Below, piece after piece: positions 48,001 to 55,934 of a stretch of DNA of 63,898 nt. The number at the start of each line of letters is the position of its first letter. The stretch's first letter is position 1. The notes beneath the pieces are model-generated. The model saw nothing but the letters and a program-made list of their open reading frames with translations. It made no database searches and was not told where the DNA came from. The translations under genes were made by a program, and so were the position numbers. Source of the stretch: Methanobacteriota archaeon (lineage in GTDB: Archaea > Thermoplasmatota > Poseidoniia > Poseidoniales > Poseidoniaceae); assembly GCA_002729095.1 (NCBI GenBank), contig PBWC01000058.1:30931-94828 (forward strand). Reading direction: 5' to 3'.

Positions 48001-51000
48001 TGGCGATTTAGCAGTTGGTCTAATTGATTATGATGGAAATAATTACAATTTATCTCTATGGACATGGGATGGAACCACTCTTAGTAGTTCCGTAATTCGC
48101 TCAGAGTCCGATTTACAAAGTCAAATTAAACTGGCTATTACAGATTCAGGCGAATTGATTTTTGCTACATTAACATCTACTGGTTCACTAAGTATCTATG
48201 AAAAAGGGTGGGACTCTGAAGTCTGGGATGGAGTGTTAATCGACCAGCCTAGTTCTCAAGTTTCCGATATGAGTATTGATTTAGTAGGTGGAGAAAATCC
48301 AGTAATGGTGGTCAATTCTGCCAGTAATTCAGTTTATTACCGACAAGGTCCTTCCAACTGGGATTCATTCTCCACGGAACTTGTTTCAATGAATTCTGGT
48401 TCTTTAGGTATTACTCAAACAGATGATCACTACATCCTCTTTTCAACAAATAATGATTCGGGATTATTACAATGGAGCAGTCTAGAGAAACAAGGTGTTC
48501 ACCAAGATAATGCGCCTTGGTTCAGTCAATCATTTAAGTCTGTAATGAGTTCTTCAAGTAACTTGAACCCTATCTTTGATAGCAATGGAACATTAAATTT
48601 AGCCGTAATTAGTGACTTGGAAAATAAAATAGTTTCATTGAACTTTTACTTAGACTCAGATAGAGACCTAATTTTTGATAAAATAGATCAATTACCTCAC
48701 TTGTCGGGGCAGTGGACAGATTCTGACGGAGATGGTTATGGAGATAACCCTCTAGGGCCACAATTTGATTCCTGTCCATCAGAAAATCGAACATCTTCTT
48801 TACTAGTGTTTGGATGTAATGACTATGATGATGACGGTTATGCTGATAGTGTTGACACATGTAATAACATTAGAGGGTTCTCATGGCTAGGTAGAACAGG
48901 ATGTGGGGATTTCGATCAGGACGGCTGGTCGGATAACAAAATTTCCTATCAAAATGGAGATATTTTTACAGACAACTGGAAACAAGTTTTTGATTCAGAT
49001 GGAGATGGTTATGGAGATAACCATGGACCAGACTGTTGTACAACTTGGTATGACACAAATGCTCAACCCGGAGATGCATTCCCATATGACTGGAAACAAT
49101 TCTTAGATTGGGATGGAGATGGGTTTGGTGATAATACCTCAGATTTAGTTGGTGGTGACCGCTGTAGATTTGATTATGGGACTTCTAAATATGATCGAAA
49201 TGGTTGTTTAGATTCTGATTTTGATGGTTATTCCGACCCCAGCCCAGGATGGGGTGAGAGTGATGGTGCAGATATGTGGCCTTTCGATCCGACTCAGTGG
49301 GCCGATTCAGATGGTGATGGTTTTGGTGACAACGGTTCAATCAATGCGACTAATCCTGACGCTTTCCCTAATAGTATTGCAGTGGCAAACGATACTGACG
49401 GCGATGGATTCCCGGATAATTTCACCTCATTCTACAACGGAACAAATGCCGCTGGATTTTACATAGACGGTTGTCCTATGGTATTTGGTAATTCTAGTGA
49501 CCCTCTTTTTGGGTGTCTAGATAGTGATGGAGATGGTTTCATGGACATCTACTCCTTTGATACGAGTTCTACTACTGGGCTAAGAGAAAACCAATCTGGA
49601 GACGCATTTCCCTTTGATGAAACACAATGGAAAGATACAGATGGTGACGGATTTGGCGACCAACAATTCGGCAATCAAGCTGACAAATGTCCATTCCAAG
49701 CAGGAGTGGAAAATGGAACTCTTGGTTTAGGTTGTCGTATTATCGATGATAATGACGACGATGGTGATTTTGTAATTAACGAAGATGATCAATGTCCAAA
49801 TACTGACGTAGGGCTATTGGTTGATTTAATTGGATGTGCTCAAAATCAGATTGATGATGATGGAGATGGGGTGTTCAATGATGCAGATATCTGTAGTTTA
49901 ACTCCAGAAGGAGAGTCTGTTGATTTAGTTGGTTGCAGCCAAGCGCAAAAAGAAGTTGATACCGACGGAGACGGGGTATTTGATTTCCTAGACCAGTGTC
50001 CAAATACTCCTTCAGCAGAGTCATCAAATAGCGTAGGGTGCTCCGAGTCACAAACAGATACCGATGGCGACGGAGTACTCGATTCAGTAGATTTGTGCCC
50101 TAATACAAGCATTGGAGCCGCAGTTGATAGTCAAGGTTGTGTTCTTGCTGGGGTTGATTCCGACGGTGACGGTACAGATGACAATATCGACCCATTCCCG
50201 GATGATTCAACCCAGTGGTTAGATTCAGACGGGGATGGATATGGAGATAATTTACTTGGCAATAATGCTGACGATTGTATTAATGTAAATGGTACTTCAT
50301 TCGAAGATAGGCTTGGTTGTCTTGATAGTGACGGCGATGGTTGGTCTGACCCAAATCAGATAGATTGGTTTGCATCTCCTAATGGGCAAGGAGATTTCAA
50401 CATAACAGACCCCACTCAATGGCGAGATGTAGACGGGGATGGTTATGGAGATAATCAATCAGGTAATAATCCAGACTTATGTCCAAATACTAAATCTGTA
50501 TACAGAAATTTTGTCGATTCAAATGGTTGTGCAGATAATGAAAAAGATACTGATGAGGATGGAATCGTAGATAGTTTGGATAATTGCCCAACCGAGGCTA
50601 GAGGCCCAGACGGGTATATCGATGGTTGTCCCTTAGAAACCTCCGATAGTGCTGATGAAAGCGTGACCATTTTTGGAATGAACATATTACTGTTCATTCT
50701 AGTTTGTGTTTCTAGTTTGGTTGGATTGATAATTATAATTTCATTGCTTAGAGGCCGAGAAGATGATGAAGATTGGTATGATGATGAAGATTGGTATGAT
50801 GATGAAGAATACCAAAATGAGCCTTTGAGTTTTCTTTCTAATTTACGCTCTTCTAGGTCTAATCAAGCTACTTCAGAACGTGGCCCTACTGGAAGTACCC
50901 CCAGAAACATGCCTCAAAGAGGCCCTCCCAAAGGGTTTTCAAATCTTAACAGTGAAGCGCAAAGCAGGGGCTCAAGTCGTTCATCAGTTAATTCAAGATT

Positions 51001-51265
51001 ACAAAAGTCAAGAAATAAACCACAAAAGGCGAAGAGAATTAAATCTAAAGAAATCGGTGGAAAGAAAGTGCGTAAAGCAAAATTAGATGTGGATATGGAC
51101 ATCTTTGAAGGGGTCGATTCTGTTGATAGAGATTCTGCTATTGAATGGGTCGTTAAGTCAATTAAAAATAAAAGTTCAGAACGTGAAATATTGATGGATT
51201 TACAAGAAAATGGGTGGAGTGCACCGCAATCCAGAGCCATAATTAACCTTGGAAAAAACCGATGA
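45065..51265 (+). CDS. Giant (about 2066 aa) integrin-like surface protein: FG-GAP/VCBS propeller motifs, central repeat region, TSP3-like stalk, TM helix and a cytoplasmic tail of about 170 aa
   Basis: Started at ATG 45065 (MARVSTLRNSLIPVLIVTLFLFQS); the track begins at TTG 45038. Seven FG-GAP Ca-loop motifs (GDFNNDGFSDLVIS etc.), a long TSP3 array and the TM helix ILLFILVCVSSLVGLIIIISLL. The tail has DDEDWY repeats, a basic/Ser-rich stretch and a terminal helical module. Confidence 0.85.
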   Translation: MARVSTLRNSLIPVLIVTLFLFQSMTPVITTNPKIEQPLEEPNVKFSNPFVNENSTFYGHDFAGSQISIDGLIDAQVRYESALDMWHSHVVLNAYNQTPGTPDIEFTGYQQLEMCWSTMEGQVRTMSRNISGFETLMHVDDVSSYESADDIVDCALSVKKNGRKTLLYADGNNLKAAQIALQSSLYTAGDSWHTRTILENVNPTHIELEVTSSDLEWGVFRNDAGQLFEVSYTGTYWTTRLLDNGPIGEDLELHIDENNLVSLLYVKSDDVILLNIDSTVNGTISHEIIFTDQEVGPQVGLDFDDSGLIQLSSSTFDGSDSSIFIKRSLANNKNQIGPNPIHSLATDTVNETSGELAYGDFNNDGFSDLVISQPHIDTWTSSDDSINSPIGTLNGKVDVYHGSLNGISITPNLTYYGEQDYQKMGQGLTVGDFNGDSFSDLVVGSPGFNQEDGKIDVYFGSPSGLASQPETIASVSSPPEIGQKYGLSLDKIDDLDGDGIDELLILSLGDNGLGELTLFHGSEQSDGWGLLQSPSSITQGAFFGRSISVSGDINNDGFNDLVVGNTGSLNSPSGYSAVEIFHGNSNGFSLECDKSFQSNLQATLFGYEVEIVSDINGDNFDDVLISEPYNSSNAYRSGMVWVFYGNSTGVANQPDMVISGQINQLIGINILSAGDTNSDGFNDVLISHSGSQLTGTVELYLGSQTGLENQHYTVSDGGGNISINAAYGADFDGDGIGEFVFSQEIPSQSNSHILNYYIHTRNLWENKNFSVSGELVSMDLEVSYNGKTSVLVSSLNQGAIETTLFDNAYDGSSSGEWIDHSLTDFSLSNVFSSIAVSPTGLPYVVMSDPSNGVVLRTPKAMTALEYSVQTLGTTPEYIGHNLDSYDQQHIAYSTNGNTQIYLNVETPSGWTSDNVRNSILIESPIDVLTSINNSTHLIYRNSINNQIEYASNINGWNIVTLGQSGRAVSQSHSAIWLPNGDLAVGLIDYDGNNYNLSLWTWDGTTLSSSVIRSESDLQSQIKLAITDSGELIFATLTSTGSLSIYEKGWDSEVWDGVLIDQPSSQVSDMSIDLVGGENPVMVVNSASNSVYYRQGPSNWDSFSTELVSMNSGSLGITQTDDHYILFSTNNDSGLLQWSSLEKQGVHQDNAPWFSQSFKSVMSSSSNLNPIFDSNGTLNLAVISDLENKIVSLNFYLDSDRDLIFDKIDQLPHLSGQWTDSDGDGYGDNPLGPQFDSCPSENRTSSLLVFGCNDYDDDGYADSVDTCNNIRGFSWLGRTGCGDFDQDGWSDNKISYQNGDIFTDNWKQVFDSDGDGYGDNHGPDCCTTWYDTNAQPGDAFPYDWKQFLDWDGDGFGDNTSDLVGGDRCRFDYGTSKYDRNGCLDSDFDGYSDPSPGWGESDGADMWPFDPTQWADSDGDGFGDNGSINATNPDAFPNSIAVANDTDGDGFPDNFTSFYNGTNAAGFYIDGCPMVFGNSSDPLFGCLDSDGDGFMDIYSFDTSSTTGLRENQSGDAFPFDETQWKDTDGDGFGDQQFGNQADKCPFQAGVENGTLGLGCRIIDDNDDDGDFVINEDDQCPNTDVGLLVDLIGCAQNQIDDDGDGVFNDADICSLTPEGESVDLVGCSQAQKEVDTDGDGVFDFLDQCPNTPSAESSNSVGCSESQTDTDGDGVLDSVDLCPNTSIGAAVDSQGCVLAGVDSDGDGTDDNIDPFPDDSTQWLDSDGDGYGDNLLGNNADDCINVNGTSFEDRLGCLDSDGDGWSDPNQIDWFASPNGQGDFNITDPTQWRDVDGDGYGDNQSGNNPDLCPNTKSVYRNFVDSNGCADNEKDTDEDGIVDSLDNCPTEARGPDGYIDGCPLETSDSADESVTIFGMNILLFILVCVSSLVGLIIIISLLRGREDDEDWYDDEDWYDDEEYQNEPLSFLSNLRSSRSNQATSERGPTGSTPRNMPQRGPPKGFSNLNSEAQSRGSSRSSVNSRLQKSRNKPQKAKRIKSKEIGGKKVRKAKLDVDMDIFEGVDSVDRDSAIEWVVKSIKNKSSEREILMDLQENGWSAPQSRAIINLGKNR
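46139..47290 (+). repeat. Seven FG-GAP-type repeats (predicted 7-bladed beta-propeller)
   Basis: GDFNNDGFSDLVIS, GDFNGDSFSDLVVG, DDLDGDGIDELLIL, GDINNDGFNDLVVG, SDINGDNFDDVLIS, GDTNSDGFNDVLIS and ADFDGDGIGEFVFS, spaced at roughly 55-65 aa. Confidence 0.8.
48712..50635 (+). repeat. TSP3-like Ca-binding repeat array within the giant CDS
   Basis: Iterated DSDGDGYGDN / DxDxDGxxDxxDxCPNT units. Several nearly identical 20-25-nt modules occur (48727, 49001, 50226, 50441). Confidence 0.85.
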
Positions 51266-51326
51266 AAATTTATGATTAAAGCCATGTGTTTTCATATTAA
51301 GAGAAATTAGCAATGTCTAGTGAGGA

Positions 51327-52823
51327 GTGTATATGTCTACTGAAGTATTAGAAGGTGCCTCCTTACCTGATGGAATAGAAGTTGATGAAACCTCTGCATA
51401 CTTTGGGATAACAAAATCCTCCGACATAGTTCATCAGTTGATGGAAATGGACCTATCAAATGCTTTATCCAAGTTTTTCGCTACTGTATCAGACATCGTA
51501 TTATTACCAGGTGATTTTGATTTCGAAGCTGCTAGCGAAAGAATGAATTGTGAAGGGGGAGAAATTTACTTTTTGGTTTCTGGACATCTTGGTTTGATGA
51601 GTTTTCCCGATCCACTTTTAGAATTTCTAGGTTTAGAGAATTCTTTAGGCGAAGAATCTTCCAGTCCAAAACCAGACTTATCTGCTCATGACTATGATTC
51701 TTTGAAAAGATTGGCAGATCCAATGAAAATACTGAAAATTTTAGCGATTGCTCATGAAACAGGTGGAGAAAATGAGGTTGTTAAGTACTATTTGACAATG
51801 AAGAGTTTACTCGAAAATCCGTCCTTAAATCTTCAAAAAATCATTGACATCGCTGATCAATTAGATGCTTCATTGGACGTTATTGGACATGCTCTTCCAA
51901 TTCCTGATTTATCTCAGTCAGAGGTTCCAATCCCATCACCGACAAAACCCGTAAAACCAAAATTAGATGAAACAATTGAACCACCAGCAAGTAATGTAAG
52001 TTTACCAGTTAAACAGGATAACATCGAGGCAAATTCTTCGGTCCCTCTTCCAATAATTTCTAAATCTAAAGAAGTTGAGGCTAAGCCGATAGAAGTTATT
52101 GAAGAGAACCTCACTGAAAGGAAAGCTGCTAAAGTTACTCAAGATGCATTTGATGGAGCATTTGATATTCCTATTAGCTCAGAATCAGTAGACGAACCCG
52201 AATTTGATTTAGAAGTCAAATCTGATTCTGAGCCGGAACAGGAAGTTGTTCAAGAGCTTAACTTAGAGCAAGAGTCGGAGCCCGAACCAGAAGTTTTTGT
52301 TAGCGCTGCTGAGCATTTCATTGAAGCAGATACAGATAATGACGGCGCCCTATCGATTGAAGAATTATCTCAGGCAACCGGCCTTTCAATTGATGAAACA
52401 GAAGAACTACATTCCCAAGCAGATACCGATAAAGATGGGAAAGTTTCTCTTTCAGAATTCATTTCTTCACCAGCTGCAGAAAAGGTTGCTTCACTCCCTA
52501 AGCCAGTTTCTCCGGTCCGAAGACCTGTCAGTAGACGTGAAACACCAGTAGCTCGTGAACAAAACACGGCACAAATAAATCAATCGCAACAGATTAACCC
52601 TGGGCTGCAGGCTAACCCACAACCAGTTTATCCACCTCAAAATTATCCCCCTCAAACCAATCAAACTCAGCCTGTGCAAAGACCTCAACCGAACAATCAA
52701 AATAACTGGAATCAACCAGTCCAGCCTACAATTCGTTCTGGAGTTTCATGTCGGAGTTGTGGGATTGGATTAGACCCATTTTGGCGTTTTTGTCCGGTTT
52801 GTGGTGGAGAAAATTTAGGATAA
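51327..52823 (+). CDS. Cytoplasmic acidic protein with an EF-hand pair, a Q/N/P-rich low-complexity region and a C-terminal zinc ribbon
   Basis: EF loops DTDNDGALSIEEL (52329..52367) and DTDKDGKVSLSEF (52422..52460). Q/N/P-rich stretch ...QPVYPPQNYPPQTNQTQPVQRPQPNNQNNWNQPVQP and a CxxC...CxxC ribbon CRSCGIGLDPFWRFCPVCG. Confidence 0.65.
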   Translation: MYMSTEVLEGASLPDGIEVDETSAYFGITKSSDIVHQLMEMDLSNALSKFFATVSDIVLLPGDFDFEAASERMNCEGGEIYFLVSGHLGLMSFPDPLLEFLGLENSLGEESSSPKPDLSAHDYDSLKRLADPMKILKILAIAHETGGENEVVKYYLTMKSLLENPSLNLQKIIDIADQLDASLDVIGHALPIPDLSQSEVPIPSPTKPVKPKLDETIEPPASNVSLPVKQDNIEANSSVPLPIISKSKEVEAKPIEVIEENLTERKAAKVTQDAFDGAFDIPISSESVDEPEFDLEVKSDSEPEQEVVQELNLEQESEPEPEVFVSAAEHFIEADTDNDGALSIEELSQATGLSIDETEELHSQADTDKDGKVSLSEFISSPAAEKVASLPKPVSPVRRPVSRRETPVAREQNTAQINQSQQINPGLQANPQPVYPPQNYPPQTNQTQPVQRPQPNNQNNWNQPVQPTIRSGVSCRSCGIGLDPFWRFCPVCGGENLG

Positions 52824-53951
52824 TCATAGTTCTAAGATAAATTTTCCACCGTCTAATATTTGTGTATCATCTAACCAGACGCTAGGTGATTTTAGAACTC
52901 CGGGAATGTGTATGCCAACGGAGGAATTTCCTCCTAGTGCAGTGTTATCACCGATAGCAAAATAACATGTACCAAGCCTTTTTTCATCTTCAAGGACATT
53001 ACCTCCTAGCCTTGCCTGTTCATTTACTCCAAATCCAAATTCAGCAACAGTCCACACATTTTCACGATCCTTGGTTCGTAATTTTCTTGCAACTTCTCCA
53101 AACTCCTGCCTGATATTAGCTGCTGTAGTTCCCCCTTTAACATCTATAACAATTCCATTCTCAATCTCTAATTCAATTTCCTCATCTAAAAGGGTAGCAT
53201 CCCAGGAACCATCGATGATAACTTTACCATTCATTGTTCCCTCTCTTGGCATAATAAATGCTTTACCAGCAGGAAGGTTAGTCAGCATTCTTGGCCTGTT
53301 ACAAATTCCATTATCATCTAATTTCCATTCTCTCCAATTAACTTCAAATGTAATATCGGTGCCTTTTTCTGATTTCACATTGATTATTCTTCTTCTTCGT
53401 AGGTAAGGTCCTAAATTGCTTATTTTCCTTTTAATCTCGTTAAAGTTTGCAGACATTCCGCCATGTGTGAACATTTCTTCAGTCATACCTGGCATTGTAG
53501 CAACTCTTGCACCTTCACGTAATGCTTGACGGATAGCACGGGTATGAGTTAGTGAGTATCTTGTTGGGGCTAAGATGACTTGCTGTTGTCTCATGAGACT
53601 AGCAACAGGTGTTGGCGGTTCTTCACCATGGTGTCTGCCTTTTGGCATCACGATAAGAAGAACTCTTTCGGAACGTTCTGTAACTGCTTCGTGCAGGGCT
53701 TGTCCGATTTCGCCAGTTGTCGGGTCACATACAATTAGAACATTTTCTCCTCGTCGAATATCCATGCATGTTTCAACAACCATTTTGGCACTTGTTGCAA
53801 GTAGTTGTTCACTATCCTGGTCTTTATCTATCAATTTAGTATCAACGTTTTGCTCTGATGAATTATTTATCACAGAGTCGATAACATCGACTAAATCATC
53901 ATCATCTAATTTGGGTTTTTTTCCATCTTTTACTTCAGATGGTTTGCCCAT
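52824..53951 (-). CDS. M29-family (AmpS/PepS-like) aminopeptidase
   Basis: Size and motifs fit thermophilic metalloprotease M29 as I recall it (GENVLIVCDP, ...GTCYFAIGDN...GGNSSVGIHIPGVL). The N-terminal 60 aa are low-complexity and acidic. Confidence 0.65.
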   Translation of the reverse strand: MGKPSEVKDGKKPKLDDDDLVDVIDSVINNSSEQNVDTKLIDKDQDSEQLLATSAKMVVETCMDIRRGENVLIVCDPTTGEIGQALHEAVTERSERVLLIVMPKGRHHGEEPPTPVASLMRQQQVILAPTRYSLTHTRAIRQALREGARVATMPGMTEEMFTHGGMSANFNEIKRKISNLGPYLRRRRIINVKSEKGTDITFEVNWREWKLDDNGICNRPRMLTNLPAGKAFIMPREGTMNGKVIIDGSWDATLLDEEIELEIENGIVIDVKGGTTAANIRQEFGEVARKLRTKDRENVWTVAEFGFGVNEQARLGGNVLEDEKRLGTCYFAIGDNTALGGNSSVGIHIPGVLKSPSVWLDDTQILDGGKFILEL

Positions 53952-54056
53952 GATAATCGGAGTAGGTAGTCAGTCTTGAATGTGTGGCCGAAAATATATT
54001 TTTTGCGAATTAAATTTTGTGAAAGTATTGATGAGTGAGTAACTATTGGGTGGTAT

Positions 54057-55556
54057 ATGGATGATTATGAACAGTTTATTTCCAGAGTAAAAGATATTCA
54101 CAAAATCGGGGCATTACAAGGCCATCTAGGTTGGGACCAAGAGACGATCATGCCTCCTAATGGCGCACAATCCAGAGGAGAAATTTTGTCTTGGCTCGCT
54201 AAAGAACAGCATGAAAGAACAACAGATCCGATAATTGGCGAGTTAGTAGAGAAGTTATCCAAAGATGAAAGTTTGAATCAAGATCAAAGAGCGAATGTAA
54301 AAGAGATGAAAAGACGTTATGAAAAGGCTAGTAAATTACCGTCAGAATTTGTCGCAGAATTTGCTAAGACCAAGTCCGAAGCCCTTTTGGCTTGGCAGCA
54401 GGCAAGAAGTGAATCTAACTTCGAGATGTTTAGGCCAACATTGCAAAAACTGATCGATATGACTAAGCAAAAAATTGGATTTTATGGGATTGAAACAACT
54501 CCATACGATGTCTTACTAGATGAGTTTGAAGTGGGGATGACGGTCGAGGATTATGACCCATTATTTGATGGACTAAAGCAGCGTTTAGTCCCCCTCTTAC
54601 AGAAAATTATGAATGCTAAAGAAACCAATCCTGACCCAATTTTACCTGAGCAAATGACCTTTTCAATCGAGGGACAAACAGAATTTTGTACTAAGGTTTC
54701 TAATGCAATGGGGTTTGATTTTGAAGGTGGTAGGATGGATATTTCTACCCATCCTTTTTCAGCAGGATTATGGCCGGGAGATACTCGTTTTACAACTAGA
54801 TTTGATGAAAAAGATCCGTTTTCCTGTTTGTATGCAGTAATGCATGAAACAGGTCACGCATTATACGAACAGGGCCTTTCTAGAGAACATTCATTCACTC
54901 CCAGGGGAGATGCGGTTTCATTGGGCGTTCATGAGTCTCAAAGCCGATTTTGGGAAAACCAAATTGGTCGAACTCCTGCTTTTTGGCATGTAACATTGCC
55001 TTGGTTTAAGGAACAATTCCCTGATTCTCCAGATTGGACTCCCGAAGATTTGAATAAAATTGCCAATAGTGTTACTCCAGGATTTATTCGAGTTGAAGCA
55101 GATGAGATTACATATAATCTACATGTAATGCTTAGATATGAAATCGAAAAACAAATTTTTAATGAGGATTTACCAGTTGACGATTTGCCTAAATTATGGA
55201 ATTCAATGTTTGAGGAGTGGTTTGGATTAGAAGTTCCGAATGATACAAAGGGATGTTTACAGGACATACATTGGTCAATGGGTGCATTTGGATATTTCCC
55301 TACTTATACGCTAGGAAATCTGTATGCTTCTCAATTATTACATGCAATGTCTAACGAATTAGGAGATATAGATACAATAATCAAATCGGGTGATTGGTCG
55401 AGTCTGCTAGATTGGCTTGGTCCTAGAATTCATCAAGAAGGGAGTAAGTGGACTCCTAGCGAACTCATTGAGAACGCTACTGGAATGCCTCCTTCTCCCG
55501 AGCCATTTCTAAATTATGTTGAAGAAAAATACTCCAAACTGTATAATTTAGATTAA
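54057..55556 (+). CDS. Carboxypeptidase Taq-type metallocarboxypeptidase (M32)
   Basis: HETGHALYEQG (HExxH), HESQSRFWEN, IRVEADEITYNLH and DIHWS motifs; 499 aa. Confidence 0.9.
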   Translation: MDDYEQFISRVKDIHKIGALQGHLGWDQETIMPPNGAQSRGEILSWLAKEQHERTTDPIIGELVEKLSKDESLNQDQRANVKEMKRRYEKASKLPSEFVAEFAKTKSEALLAWQQARSESNFEMFRPTLQKLIDMTKQKIGFYGIETTPYDVLLDEFEVGMTVEDYDPLFDGLKQRLVPLLQKIMNAKETNPDPILPEQMTFSIEGQTEFCTKVSNAMGFDFEGGRMDISTHPFSAGLWPGDTRFTTRFDEKDPFSCLYAVMHETGHALYEQGLSREHSFTPRGDAVSLGVHESQSRFWENQIGRTPAFWHVTLPWFKEQFPDSPDWTPEDLNKIANSVTPGFIRVEADEITYNLHVMLRYEIEKQIFNEDLPVDDLPKLWNSMFEEWFGLEVPNDTKGCLQDIHWSMGAFGYFPTYTLGNLYASQLLHAMSNELGDIDTIIKSGDWSSLLDWLGPRIHQEGSKWTPSELIENATGMPPSPEPFLNYVEEKYSKLYNLD

Positions 55557-55856
55557 TTACTCTTCAGAATTATCTTCGTCGCCGCCGGTTAGTGCTTCCA
55601 TCTTTGCAGTTAATTCATTAATTGCAGCCATTAGATCATCTGTTCTGTCGTCTTCATGTTCTGTTCCAAATGAAATACCTAGCATAGTTATCATTGCTCC
55701 GGCTAGCATAGTAAATGCTGGCCAATAAACATCTGATGCTGTCATGTTACCGTCTGCTTGTATTCCACCCCATATTGCACCAATAATGAATACAATAAAT
55801 CCAATAATTATCTGTTGATATCCGCTTCCAAGAGTTTCTTCTAATCCTTCGCTCAT
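55557..55856 (-). CDS. Small hypothetical membrane protein (2 TM helices plus an acidic helical tail)
   Basis: 99-aa ORF filling the gap between convergent genes. Two clear hydrophobic helices. Confidence 0.5.
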   Translation of the reverse strand: MSEGLEETLGSGYQQIIIGFIVFIIGAIWGGIQADGNMTASDVYWPAFTMLAGAMITMLGISFGTEHEDDRTDDLMAAINELTAKMEALTGGDEDNSEE

Positions 55857-55934
55857 TTAAGTCTCCTCAAAACTTTCAACAGAAGTATACTTTTAACCTA
55901 TTTCCTAATTTTTAGGCAAAAAATGGCGATTCTG

